A stretch of DNA of 64,000 nucleotides from Octopus vulgaris (taxonomy: Eukaryota), in assembly GCA_951406725.2 (NCBI GenBank), contig OX597816.1, forward strand, positions 22,134,001 through 22,198,000, read 5' to 3'. The notes under the pieces were generated by a model. The model saw nothing but the letters and a program-made list of their open reading frames with translations, did not search any database and was not told the DNA's origin. The stretch's first letter is position 1; each line of letters begins with the position of its first letter. The position numbers and the translations under genes were made by a program. Positions 25,746 to 39,883 of this stretch are shown piece by piece.

Positions 25746-26114
25746 TTTAGCAAATAAAAGAGTGATTAAAGATCCGAGGGCATATTTCAAAAGGTGTCTG
25801 TGAGAAAATGAAACCTCTCTGATTAAATTCACCTGTGATATATATATAGATATCCACGTAATGTGTAGTTTGAGACATAGTTTCTAATCCTGTTTGTAGG
25901 TCCAAGGTATCGCCAAGAAGTAATGTTGGTATCGTTTTACAGCGCATCACTGAGAATGCAAAGACTTAATGGCTATTCATACATTATCACACTTCTACCT
26001 GCACGTGTGTGTGTGGGGGGGGGATGTATGTGTCGGGGTAGGGTGGGGGTTCATCATTCAGTCGAAAACCTACATGCTAATATACAAAAGGTGTATAAAG
26101 AGCCGAACAACAAG

Positions 26115-26166
26115 CTGGTTTAACTGATGATGGCAAAGGAAATTGCCGAAACTGATACGTCAATCT
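26115..26166 (+). ncRNA. Hammerhead-like relic
   Basis: CTGATGA-t-ggca-aaggaaat-tgcc-GAAA-c-tgatac-g-TC, with an imperfect stem I. Confidence 0.55.
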
Positions 26167-26421
26167 TAAGAATTCTCGGTCGGTATTTTTCGGACAATTA
26201 TGGTCCCTGTTAGTGTATATCACTTAGAGCAGATTAGTTCTTATTTCTAGCAATATAGATGTTTTTAACACCGTAGTCACGTTTAGGGACAATTACAGTT
26301 ACCCTTTTTGGTGGAACATTGAACGCTGCTGTTTACATTAATTTTATATATTTAAAATGCGTGTGTGTGTGTGTGTGTATTTATAAACGACATAAACGTT
26401 ACTTAAAATATGTTTATGATA

Positions 26422-26846
26422 CATTTCAGATCCTGAAGGCAAATTCACTGCAGTGGCTATAGAGAACAAATTCTCCGTTATGGCAAAAGATGTAAAAATA
26501 CCATACTTGCTTTGTGTTCCCCAGATTCCCAGATGCGATTCTAGCTATTTATTTTCATCAATGAGAAATATCAAATATCAAAGTGAGGTAACTCCGAGCT
26601 GATTTTCAAGCTGTAGCTTTAGCTAAAACATAACCAACATCATTGACTGTGTAGTACTATTACACCACCAGGTCGGGCGAAATTTAGCAACATTAACCCC
26701 GAGCAGTGTTTAGGCATAAGCGAAATTTAGGTTAGTTAAAATAAGCTTCAATTAAATTTCACATGGTGATTTATACCTCTTACTATAAGAGAGAATTATT
26801 TCCTCCACGGTAGCACTGGTGAATTTGCCTTTAGAATTTGAAATTG
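26422..26846. mobile_element. Old MITE with about 80-bp degenerate TIRs and TA flanks
   Basis: catttcagatcctgaaggcaaattcac... versus ...gtgaatttgcctttagaatttgaaattg. Confidence 0.6.
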
Positions 26847-26949
26847 TATTTCTGTATGTAGGTATGCAGGCATGTAGGTATACATCTATGTTTGCCTTCT
26901 TGTATATCTGTAAATATGCATTTATGTACGTGTATATTTATATGAATAT

Positions 26950-27135
26950 ATCGCTAACCACTACTCATTCTTTATTTTATCTCCTTGTTTCTTTCTGTGT
27001 TCCTTTCTGTGGAAGACCGTAGGCTCGAAACGTTAAATACTTTTTCAATTCCCGAGCGTTATACTAATACATCTGTTTCTTGTTTCCACCACCTGTCTTC
27101 GTCTTTTGTTGTTGTTTTTTTTGTGAATTCTCCCT
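26950..27135 (+). mobile_element. Short non-autonomous PLE terminal-repeat element with HHR-like motif
   Basis: Homologous to 12502-12693. Contains cttt-ctgtgga-agaccgtaggctc-GAAA-cg-TT-aaa. Confidence 0.65.
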
Positions 27136-27153
27136 ATTTAAATAAATAAATAA

Positions 27154-27184
<31 letters not shown>

Positions 27185-27961
27185 TATATACATATATATA
27201 CTTATTTTCTCTATCACACACATGTATATTCATGTGTGTACATATGTGTATATATATCTATATATACATATACATGTATCTATATGTGTGTGCATATGTT
27301 TTACATAGTCACATACGTTATGTATGTGTGCATGTGTATGTATATATGCTTAAACTGAACCGGAAAAGTTTGAAGACTCTTTTGTGCTATCGATATGATC
27401 GATCGCGAGACATTTTAGTATCGAACTTGAATCCTACAATTATTTTTCACAGTAATCCTTTAAAATTGTACATTTAGTTTCGATTGAGAGGTCGCGAGTT
27501 GGAAGGTGAGAGTAGAATTTAATTTGTAATCCCGCGCATGGAGATGGAGAGAGACCGATATTTTCGATGCAAGGAATATTTAAAAGCTTTGGACGTTGTT
27601 TCGAGTAAATTTAAACTCTGGAATAAATCCAAATTGGTAGCAACAAAGGATTTATAGACATGAAGTTAAGATAATATCAAATTGCTTTTGGTCTTCTATT
27701 AGGAACAAAATTACCGTATTGCCCCTTAAAACTATCCGTAGATTAAACTTTCCAACGAAATACCTATTTAAGTTGCTCATTTGACGACAATCTACATTTT
27801 AAGCTAATTCAATTAAGGAGCTTTCTGTAATTTTGTCTCAAATTTCGGATTTAAAATATTGCCAGAACTGCTTTACGTGTCCAGTATACTCCACTACAAT
27901 TCTGATCTAACATTCTTAATTATTTCTACATTAGCTGGTTAAATGACATTTTTATCTTAGA

Positions 27962-28474
27962 CTAGCAGTATCGCCCGGCGTTGCTCGGGTTTGTAAGGGA
28001 AATAACTATATAAGCATTTTTAGAGAGTTACTTCCCTTATAGATGCCAATTCGGGCTTTCTTAGCCATTTCTGTTTTGGTGTCTTCAAGCCATAAAGTCG
28101 TTGTTCTAAAAGAACGCTGGTCTCCTTGACAACGCTTTACGACGTTGATTTCCTTACACTCCCTTCCCCACAGCTTCACGAGGGAGGGAAGAAGGGGGAG
28201 AAGCAAACAGGTGCAGATGTGAGAGTGGACGCCAACTCCGCCGCAATCGACACACGAAAAATGATGCATTAAAATGGAATAAAAAATGATGTTAAATTAT
28301 TTTTAAAATCGTAGACTCATCGTAGACGCGCACTAATAGCCAGACGGGCTCGATATGAATCACGACTATAAGATACCCGAATTTGGTTAAACTGCACCGC
28401 AAAATGTGGGAGTAGTTAGGAATCTAAATCGAAGGGGACAGACACTCACACAACTACAGTTTTATATATAGAGA
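27962..28474 (-). mobile_element. Non-autonomous Helitron
   Basis: The minus strand reads 5'-TC...hairpin cccgagcaacgccggg-cgatactg-CTAG-3'. Inserted between A (27961) and T (28475) with no target duplication. Confidence 0.9.
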
Positions 28475-29702
28475 TTATTTAAAAAGATTTTGGATCTTTC
28501 ACTACGTTTGCACATTTAGCCTGGTGTACAATTTCTACCACCGAAATGAGGCCCACCTGTTTTGGGAGAATGGTTCGGTCCTCCAAATAGAGAATGTCGA
28601 ACACATTTGATCGTATCATCTACAGTTCATAACGTATGAAAAGATTCTCTCCTGTACTTAGGTTACCTCTAAAATATTTTATGAGTATTTTGACTTTACA
28701 CAATTTAATTCTTGCTTTGCTAATTGTTTTCTAAAGATAATAGAATACCACCAGTTCTATCATTCATGATTGTTAATTGACTTATATACGGTTAATTTAA
28801 GCGCACTAATGCACGTGGATCTATGACGTTCTTGGTTGCTTGCGCGATAACATAGGGCGCCAAGTTTCTTCTTGAATAAACAAATAATACTCATTGTGAA
28901 AAGATACACTCATTAGCTTCGTGATTAGCACTGATCAAGAAGGGCAAGTGAAACAAACGCGCAAAGTTAATTATATTAAAATACTTTAAAAGAAAACTTG
29001 TGAAATGCAGTGTCGAGTAGTTCTGAGCTTCTTAGTGGAAAAGCAGCTCCGGATTGTTTTCGATCTGGCTGGACCTTCTTAAGGATGTATAATTTTTACC
29101 AGTGTTACCCTATATATATAACTCCAGAGATATACGGATTCTTGAGTTCCAACCCCTCTATTTCCTGATCAGATTTGATCCATGCAGTGATGCGTTTTCA
29201 CTGAAATTCCATGATTCAAGACAAAACGCGTGTCATTGGCATCAACATTTAGTTAGTTAGAATATTTAATTCCCGGTATATAGATTAATGCTTCGAAAAT
29301 AAATCTTAAGGCATTCATAAACTTCTTTTTCCAAAGATATCATACATTAAAACCGGTTCTTGACCTTGACTCACTAAACAGAAAACTTTATATCCTATAG
29401 AAAAAATTTAAAAAACAAAACAAAAAGGCAAACGTTGTAATGGTAAGTTTAAGATTTTCATCACTGACATTTTAAAATAATGATATATTGTATCTTCAAC
29501 TCTCTTCACACAACACAAATATACGTCCCAAAACGCAATCACACGCGCACACGTATACCAAACTTAAAATGAAAATCTCCTATGAAGAAAAAGAAGGTTT
29601 AAACTCATTCTGGTTAAGATATTTATTAAACATAAGCAATATAGGTAGAACAATATGATGTATAAGAAAGTTGATCAATTGAGAGAATTCAAAAGTTATT
29701 TG

Positions 29703-30155
29703 AAACATTGACCGTTATGTAAACCTCCTCGACGAATGTGAAGACGCAGGCTGGAAAGTGGAGCATTTTCCAATCGAATTTGGTTGTAGAGTGTTTGTTG
29801 GACACAGTGTGAGACGACTGTTGTTATCGTTAGGCCTTACTCATCGTAAAGTCAATACTACCATGACTGATATCCAAACTACAGTGGAGAAGGCTAGCCA
29901 CTAGATGTGGTTAAAAAGAGACGATGAGCAATGGCTAGAAGAGTATTGAGCTTTATTTCATAACCAGTTGATCTAGCAAGCGGGGCCTTATATCAGTGAG
30001 GGCGGCCGGTTCGCATTGATGTCGTCGAGATGTAGGCCCCGAAACGACGCGCATTCTCTCCTGATGACCCCATACACTTGCTGGCTTCAGGTATGCGGAG
30101 GTTGTGTATGGTAGCACTTGTATGTGCAAGTTGTTTGCAAGACTTCAACATTTAA
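29703..30155 (+). mobile_element. 3' fragment of a HERO-like (restriction-like endonuclease) non-LTR retrotransposon
   Basis: Translates DRYVNLLDECEDAGWKVEHFPIEFGCRVFVGHSVRRLLLSLG...VEKASH*MWLKRDD, matching the GW..P.EVGCRGF..ASxWxWxKR C-terminus of this clade. Followed by a structured 3' UTR. Confidence 0.8.
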
Positions 30156-30648
30156 AAACGAAAAGTTTCAACTAACAGGGCAAATCGCAATAATTCTCAC
30201 TAAACATCCAATCTATTCATAAATATTAGGTTAACCAGATACTGCAGTATGTAGTAGGAATGAAATTATGAGTGATATTCCTATTAGAATCAAAAAGATT
30301 TTCAACTTAATTTTCTCTACGATACTCTATCATTGTTTCTTTCTTCCAACAGGTATAATGAGCTACCCCTGTTAAGTCCTTAGAAAAGAAGTCACACATT
30401 CTCTGGTAATTCAAAGTATAGTCAATGTGTAACAACTACCACTGAAAGAACATCAATGTCGACAAAAGTTATAAATATAGAATAATAAACAACGACCTTT
30501 TATGAACAACCCACACAGTTATTCCTAGATCATTCTCCGCTCAGGTCTATATGTAACAATGACAGGAAAACTAAAAAGGAAAGGTATATAAAAAATTTAT
30601 AAAAATTCTCTTTTATCAGCTTTGGAGTTCACGTTATTTAATCAAATA

Positions 30649-32363
30649 ATGGGTTGTCTGGAAAGTTCATGGTGTCTTTTAAAGGAAATTAAAAGACAAA
30701 ACAAAATTATGCCATTAAATATTTATTCAACTACATATGAACCATTTTGTTGCTCAACCTTTCTCCGTCTTTCCCTTGACTTAAAGATTCCGTTTTTCCA
30801 GAATTTCGGTGATTTTTTTTTTTATGTACTCCAAAGAATGAAAATTGTACTACTGAAATTATTTTGCAAGGACCTGAATTAATGAAAATCTGAAGGAGCA
30901 ATGTCTGGTGAACATGGCGGGTGGGGTAAAACATCCCAGAAAAAGTGCGACAATTTTTGACCTGTCGCCAAAAACCAAGAGGTCTGGCATTATCCTTATG
31001 GAAAACAACACCTTTCCTGTTCGCCAATTTTGGCCATTTTCCTTGAATTGCTGCCTTTAAATCGTTCAGTTGCGAGCAATACTTCTCAGAATTGACCGGT
31101 TACTTGGCAGAAAGCTCATGCTACAGGATTCCTTTTCAATCCCGCCAGATGCAGAGCAGGAGTTTTTAAGATGAAGACCTGCTTTTGGGGTGGTTAAAGT
31201 TGGCTCATGTCGCTTATCCCAGGGTCTTTTCCGCTGAACAGTGTTGTAAACGATCCATTTCTCATCATCTGTCACAATTTGCTCCAAAAAGGGTGCATTT
31301 TCATTGTGTTCATACAGCAACTCACAGATTGAAATGCGATCCAAAAGATTCTTTTCATTCAGATTGTCTGGTACCCAAATATTGTAGCAATTTATAAAAT
31401 AATAATAATGAAATTATTGTATACAGTGCTCAGGTGCACCACAACTTGTCAGAAAGTGCGTATAAAGTATACGCAGTAATGTACAAATGTCTGGAAAGTG
31501 AACGGTGTATGAGTCAGATACATGCTTGCGTGTGTATGGAGGGGATAAAATCAGGTGTAGTGTTGGTGAATCTCAGGAAGCATGGAAGTTTTGAAGGATG
31601 CAGTGCTCCGATAGCTAACAACTGATGCCGACAGTTTGTTCCATACTTCAGCAACTCTTAGCGTGAAAAAATGTTTCCGAAAGTCATGGGAGCTGTGCTG
31701 TTTTATGACTTTGTAAACATGTCTACGGGTGTTAGACAGGTGGAGTTTGTAAAGGTGCTCAGAGTTATTGTTTGTAAGATGGTTAATAATTTTATGGGTG
31801 TCTGCAAAGTCAGCTGCCAGACGTTGGAGTTTCAATGTATCCATGCCCAGGGAAGAATTTGAACACCCAAGCTTTGTTAAGAGCTCATGGATGGTGGAAT
31901 TTGATACATTTAGTGTTTCTGACAATTACCACGTTACGTAATGCGTGTTATTCTCAATCAAAATCTTGATTTGATCGTCATCTGAAGTGGGACTGAGGAA
32001 TCCGCCTGAGCATTTTTCCTCAATGAGGCTACAATCACCATCTCTAAACGTAGCGAACCACTTCCGTACAGTTCTGTCATCTAAAGAAACTTCACTGTAC
32101 ACAGTACATAACTTCTTTGTTGCTTACTAGGTCGTTTTGCGTTTACGGTAATAAAAAAAATTCATCAAGTGTCTAAAGTGCAACTCCTAATCTTCCATTT
32201 TCATAGCGATGCAAAATTTACACGAATCAAGTAATTCTAAACTTTCTTTCTCAAGAGATATTTTGAGGTGTGCGCTAACTGGAAATATAAGCATATCATG
32301 TGTCCATCAATTTAGCATGTTCAAAACGACTAAACATCGCTATGAACTTCACGGACAACCCAA
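30649..32363 (-). mobile_element. mariner DNA transposon, decayed and interrupted by a LINE
   Basis: TIRs ta|atgggttgtctggaaagttcat / atgaacttcacggacaacccaa|ta. Transposase motifs WVP, IVTDDEKW, FHKDNARP and HPPCSPDIAPSDF. Confidence 0.92.
31394..31855 (-). mobile_element. 3' fragment of a CR1/L2-group LINE inserted in the mariner
   Basis: LQRLAADFADTHKII...RKHFFTLRVAEVWNKL, a (TTA)n tail, and a short aattt duplication at both junctions. Confidence 0.85.
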
Positions 32364-32879
32364 TAATTTAGTTTATATAATGTATTTCCACTTCACAAAT
32401 GTTGTGGGTGAATGTATTATGACAAATCTAAAGATTATCATTAACATTAGAATATCTTTGGTAATTGATATGTGTTCTTTTATGGTTTTGGCTAACGGTC
32501 TCTATATTTCAACATTCTATAACGGTAATATGCATGTTGCAGTATATCCACGATATTCCAATTTTAGGCTATGAGATGATGAATTCATGCACATGTAAAA
32601 AATGCTGGCAAATTGTAATTATCTTTTCCTGAATATTCAATAGCTTTCAATGGTAAACAAGGTAACAAACATTTAAATGGCTTTCCAGGATATATAATCA
32701 AACCACTGAAAAGCGATAACCATTTCCTGCCCAAAATCTGACAAAACTGACTGATTAAATTGGCAGATTTCATTAATAATTGATATTTAAATAAAAAGAA
32801 GTATCGTATATATGTTTCATAGTTTCAGTCGTAAGGGTCAATTATGGAAAGGCAGTCTATATATATTATGCAAATTCCA

Positions 32880-33578
32880 TGTGCATATTACGAAGATGGC
32901 AACACTGGACAGGCGAAAGGATGGGTGGATTCTGAGAACAATCAGAACCAGGAAAAGGGAGGCCCTGCTACTCCCACGGAGGACTTTCGTTTTCAGCCGC
33001 TTCGACTACAGCTCCCAATTATGGTCTCCAGAAAGTGTGAAACAAACTTGAACTCAAAGTAATCCAGCACCAATACACAAAGAAGATTGATTCGATGTAA
33101 AAGATGGGCTTATGGGAGAGGCTGAAGGAGCTGAGTCTCTATTCCTTGGAAAGAAGATGAGAGAGAGGTATGCGGTGATATATATTTAAAAAATCTTGGA
33201 GGTCCTTTCGCTCCTAATTTTTGAATTGACAGCTATAACAATCCTCAAACTGGACGGCACTGCATCATACCAAAAATCTCGTCTTCCCCGTCAATACTGG
33301 AGTAGTCTGGATATCAAGGGCCCGCAATTGTTTGCCATTCATTCAGACAACCTTAGAAATCTACATGGTGTTGATGTGAAAGTTCTAAAGAAACACCTGG
33401 ACAGGTTTCTATCTGAGATGCCGGACAAACCCATATCACGGCAGGAGACGCAAAGAAGAACAGCTCCGTCCAAATCGCTATTTCACCAAAAACAATACAG
33501 AAACAGCACCAAGTAATTACAGATGGTGCACCAGCATGACTTCAGCCCTGGGTTGAAATCAGTAACAGATAGAAGATC

Positions 33579-33580
<2 letters not shown>
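32880..33580 (+). mobile_element. 3' fragment of a CR1-like LINE (decayed)
   Basis: GWILRT..SRFDYSSQLWSP, LKELSLYSLERR, GPQLF..LD.FL..PDKP. The 3' UTR reads ggtgcaccagcatg. Confidence 0.85.
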
Positions 33581-33634
<54 letters not shown>

Positions 33635-33865
33635 ACGACCTCGAACCCACAAGAGTAAACAAGTGAGACAGAAACAGGCAGAAACAGGTAAAATGGTCCT
33701 TGCATTTGAACAATATGCAAATATTCTTTTAAGGAAACTTTTCTTGTAATTCTTTCAAAATTTAGTTGTTTTCTGTACTTATTGTTGACAAAGTCTCAAT
33801 GTCTGAAACTGGAACTGAAATGTTTTGTATAAAATTATTTTAGCATTTTCTATCTTGACTTTTTT

Positions 33866-33919
<54 letters not shown>

Positions 33920-35124
33920 CATATATATACATACATATATACATACATACACACATACATATATACACACACAAACATACATACATATATACATACATAT
34001 GGATCGATAGATGGATGGATGAATATTCAGTGTAGATTGGGCGATAGATATTCTAAGACGTATAACATCTTGTATAGGAAATGATATGCGTTGTTGATGA
34101 GTCTACATTCAGATCGAAAATTAATAGTTTCCATTGACTACAAGAATACGACTTTATGTTATAATTGTTATTTTAGTTGTTGATGTACAAATACATCTGG
34201 GTTATACCTGATCAGGTGCAACTCTGATCAAAGCCATGTTAATCAAATCAATCTTATATTTGTTAAGTACAATACATTTAACACCGCAATATATAATTTT
34301 GTTTGTGTTTGAAAGAATGGGAAGAGAGTTGCCGGGAGATTTGACTGCCATTTCTCGCAGGTTAAATGTTTATGTAGATGTTTTCACACTTTTATCTGAG
34401 AGAATAGTTCTGTAGCTAGTTTACTTGAAACGAAAAAAAAACCGTAGAATTGGGAGCAAAAATAAATGATTTCAGATGTGAATAAAAAATATCCACGATT
34501 GATCCTTTTTGGCAATAACATTAAAGAGAACGAATATGATCGATTACCTTAACTACGTTACAACCAATATAAAGCTATTATGTGAGCTAATGTCTCCAGA
34601 TAATGATTAATGGTGAATTTATTCACTGCAGGTTTTGAACGGATGAAGGGAAACACCGTTAGCCTTTTCGGTTGACATAATGTTTTGCTGACCCAAAACA
34701 GTGTTTTAAAAAGAGCACAGCAAAGAAAGCCAAAATTATAACTGCAATACTAGGACTGAGTTAATAATATTTAATCAATTCAATCATATATATATATACG
34801 CAGACAGAGCAGGGAGAGATACATGTATACACACATACCCAAAAACATACTCTCTTTCACCCACAAATGTATATATGCGTATGTATTTCTCTCTATATAT
34901 ATATGCCAAAATTGCAATAATCAATGCTCCTCTGCTATTCCGACGAAATATACTGTTACATTTAATTCTTAGGACGTAGATATAAGTTAGTCCATTCCGA
35001 GTGAAGTATCCCAACTCTTGATCACTATTTAGGAATTCCAAGACTATATTGAGAAAGACATAAACAAATTTTTTCAGTTCACATAATATATGCATGGGTG
35101 TGTATCTATATATATAATCTTTTT

Positions 35125-35625
<501 letters not shown>

Positions 35626-35628
<3 letters not shown>

Positions 35629-35866
35629 TAAAACGGTAAGATAACAAAAGAAAGAAAGAGACCTCAATATTATGTAAATAGAGGAAATTTATCCATAAAA
35701 TAATATGTTACATTACTCGATAGTCAAGATAAAACTCTGAACTTCATTCGAAACTCTGAGATAGTGTTTTCAAATAGCCAGATAACCGAAGAGATGGCGT
35801 CGTGGATTCCCACTTCGGCATCTGAAACTCAGAATTTTATCTTGACTATCGAGTAATGTAACATAT

Positions 35867-35874
<8 letters not shown>
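35626..35874 (+). mobile_element. Miniature PLE relic: inverted terminal-repeat fragments plus HHR
   Basis: Inverted repeat 35695-35740 / 35829-35874. HHR gataa-CCGAAGA-gatggcg...cggcatc-t-GAAA-ctcagaat-t-ttatc. TA-flanked. Confidence 0.75.
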
Positions 35875-35922
<48 letters not shown>

Positions 35923-36791
35923 TTAAAACAAAAAGGGAGAAAATGCTTTGAGGTCTTTCTGGTGAACAAATGTAAGAAGATATTTACATTTTTATCTTTG
36001 TAAACTACCGGTTTCAATTGCTTTTAAAACACGATTTGGTCATGTTAAAATATCAGGAAATTTAAATTGAAGGAAATCGAATGAAACTTTCCTAAAATTA
36101 CTTCTGGAAGTTCACATGCTTTTCCTACAAAAACTATATGGTGCTGATTTACCCTTCAGATTTAACCTGTGCTATCCAGTAGTAATATTATACGTATTTC
36201 CATGTTCACGTTTGGCTATCTGTCGTGCGCAAACAGATAATAGAAAAAAAATGGAGTCAGCAAGATGACATTCCTTCTGAATGTTGTTGGGTAGCTGTAA
36301 CATCAGTAGTTGTCGCTGTTGGTCGTTAGAGAAGCGAACAGCAACCTTATCAAGAGGAGAAGCAGAAATTCAGTGAATGTACTAGAGATGTGTGTCTTGA
36401 TGTGTGTGTCTAAGTTGTTGCATCTTTTGTGGGTAATTTAGCAAGGATTTCTTTGATGGTAGTTGTCTCTCTTTCTCTACCACAAGCATTTATACGTGGC
36501 TGCAATTTGACCCTGAATATTGATTTCTGTTGTTTCATTGACAAAGGGTTTTGTAACCGCTAAACTTATACAAATGGAACTTAGCATAGACTGATTTTTT
36601 CCTACAAGCACATGTGTCTACAGGTGTTCATGTGTTGTTTCTCTGCATCTTCGCACTTTAATTTGCGATCTATGCAATATCATTCGTCATCATAATTAGT
36701 GTTCTCTATATCGAGCGTTATGGTTTCCACATCCTGTGCTTGTAACTGTATAGAGTAGATATTTAGATATACAATCGGTTATATATATATA

Positions 36792-37186
36792 CTAGCAGTA
36801 TCACCCGGCTTTGCTCGGGTTTGTAAAGAAAATAACTATATAAGCATTTTTAGAGAGTTATAGCCAAAAAATAGCAAAAAAATGCATTAAAAATGGAAAA
36901 AAAATTATGGTAATTTTTTTTTTAATCGTTGACTCATTGTAGACATTTTTAGAGAGTGACTTCCCTTATATAATAGCGAAAAATGCATTAAAATGGAAAA
37001 AAATGATGGTATTTTTTTTTTAAATCGTAGACTCATCGTAGACACGCGCTAATACCCAGAAGGGCTCGATATGGATCACGACTATAAGATACCGGGTTTT
37101 GGTTAAACTGCACCGCAAAATGTGGGAGTAGTTAGGAATCTAAATCGTAGGAGACAGACACACAACTTGACTTTTATATATAAAGA
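36792..37186 (-). mobile_element. Non-autonomous Helitron
   Basis: Same termini and 3' hairpin as 27962-28474, an A|T insertion site, and an internal tandem duplication. Confidence 0.9.
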
Positions 37187-39883
37187 TTTTTTATTTTGAA
37201 CAGTTGCCCTTGTTTCAAACATTTTCTCTGGTCCTTCTATATAACACTAAAACAAATGCCACAATTTTCACCATTTTTTACTCCTAGTCCTTTTGTAATC
37301 CTGCAAACTTTGGCCATTACTAGTATTCTTTCATTCATTTGAGTTATCTCTTGCTTTTTATGAGGCTATGTATTGGGAATATTTTGTTCAACCTGGAATC
37401 CTTTTTACGTATCAGTGTGTTGTGAAATATGAAGTACACTTGATGTTTTGAGGAGTATTGTGACTGGAAATATATAGTAGGAATGCTTCAGTTCCGACTT
37501 ATTTGTTTTGTTTGTCATATTTTCTGAATACTGAGTTACACTATTTATTAATGATGATGCGTAAATCTTGTCAAGTAATGTATCCTTCAATTCTCGTAGT
37601 TTTATGTCACGGATATTGCATTGGACTCAACTGTAGTAATCATTTTGGTTAGGTTATAAAATACATTTATTATAGCGTGACTCGAATGGCATAAATTAAT
37701 TGGAATATATTGTTTGATAACTGTAGCAAAAGACCTTCTTGATTTGGTTACTGACATTTTTTTATAACGATATTTAAAAAAATTGATCTGGTTACGCTAT
37801 GGTGAATTGAATACATGGTATTAATTCTATCGAGGGGTGTTTAAATTCTTTTCATTTTTCTTTCATCTCATTGATTGAATCAATCTGAGTAGTACCGTTT
37901 CCGCGTTTCTGTGTACACTTGGAGAAAGAGTTTCCATATATAGTCTTAGGGACTATTGGCTTATCGTAATCTGTATGTAGCAAAGAGAGGGCGGTTTTTG
38001 TCCGCATGCAGTCCCAGATTTCGTCCGCGTGCAATCCCAGAAAGTTGTCACTGAATATGCCGTATTCAACGCATTACTTAACTGCATGCTTGTATATGTG
38101 TGTTGCATCATTCCGTAGCTTTCCAGTCTATTAAATTCTCTTGACAAACATTGGTAAGAGCTAACCAATGTGGGGTGATATGTAACATTATATTGCTTGC
38201 AGAGAAAAATTCTAACCTCATAGACATATCTGCAGTGTTTAGTGTATGTTATTAGGGACGGCATTATCCTTAAATTTCTACCGGGATTAAACTAAAAATG
38301 CTGGAAGAAAAGCAATGATTGCTGTGAGATATTTCCTTCAGGGGTATTAAAATTTCTACTACATTATTTCTGAATGCGACAACCCAATGACATTTTCTTT
38401 GTTTTAATTATTAGCTAGCGCAGTAATATTTATCCTCATGACAATCATCGTAATTACCATTAGCAGAAACAGCAGTAGTGGCGGCAGCAGCAGCAGTAGA
38501 GCAACTGAGACGTCATTGTGGTCGTCGTTTCTACATCATCATCATCCTCTCTTCGTCTTACCTTTCCCTTAATTTCATGTCTTCTACCCCCACCTCCTTC
38601 TCTCGCCCTCCACCTATTTCTCTCCTCATCTCCTTCTCTCCTCTCCCGCCTTCTTTTTCTCTCCTCCCCCTCTACCCCGATCCTTATACCCTTCCTCATC
38701 TACGTCCTCATCATTATTTGTTGTCAGTAATGTCACAATCGCTGTCAACCTCATACCCTATTTTCCACCTACTCCTCCTCATCATCATCAATTCTTCATC
38801 AATAACGAATGTACCGAGAAGACAACAAATACACCAGGTTTGTAACTTTTAATTATTTTCCTGTATTTTGTTTCTCTTTTGGTGTTTGTCTTTTGATTTC
38901 AAAATATCAACTATTTTTTCTTTTAATTTTTTTTTCAACACCTTATAAAACATTTCTTTCTAACAATTATATTTAATCACAAATTTAATGTGTTCACGTA
39001 GATTTTGTTTGCGCTACCTTTTGTTCGTGCCTTCTATCCATTTTATTAACTGAAGCTTTACTATTCATAATATTTCCTTGTTGCAAAACTTGACAATGTT
39101 GGTCTGAGAAATAAACGCTAATATAAATCCTCATTGTCATTCACGCGGCTGTATGATAATGGATATTCATTAGAGTACTTAAGTCCGTACTCAGATTAGT
39201 GCAATGCATGTCTTCTCTTCTTTTGTTGTTTTATACAAATATCTTTTTCCTTCTCTCTCTTTCTTCCTCTAAACTCTTAATTTATAAAAGATTAAAATCA
39301 TTCAAAAATGAGAAAATAATTATAAAAATAAAATTTCGTAATTATGTGTATTAAAAGCTAATGAATTATAAATCATTGCAAATTTTTTTTTTCTAAATCG
39401 AAAAATATTATGCAAATGTTTATTTTTTGTTTGTTTTTGTTACACAACATATATTAATGTATTGAAATCTAACCGAATAGGTGATAACAACATCAACAAA
39501 TTTAACAAAAATGCCTATTAACTCATTAGTTATTAGTACAGCAATAGTATAATTGGTTCAAAAGAAATTATAGTCTGAGACAAGAAAATTAACAAAATGT
39601 AAAATTATAAATTTCCTGAGTAAAGGAGAAAAGAATCGTTGAGCTAAGGACAAAATTAAACAGAAGCATCAAAATATCATCAATTTTCTTTAGATCTATT
39701 CGAGTAGCAGTCGAAATATTGTATTTATTCAAGCCTCTTAGCATTTATAATACAAATGATATATTAAGTGAATTGTAGCAAACGGAAGGTTTGGGCGAAA
39801 AAATACACAGTTCTATATATTATTCATTCAGTATAGCCAAAATATAGCCAAATTCGAAAAACCTACATAGATATAGTATTATA

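Noticed and set aside
33632-33870. TA-flanked unit with a gaaactgg motif (similar cases at 25850-25960 and 35925-36120)
   Set aside because: These are probably PLE terminal-repeat relics, but the CUGANGA core is too decayed to call a ribozyme.
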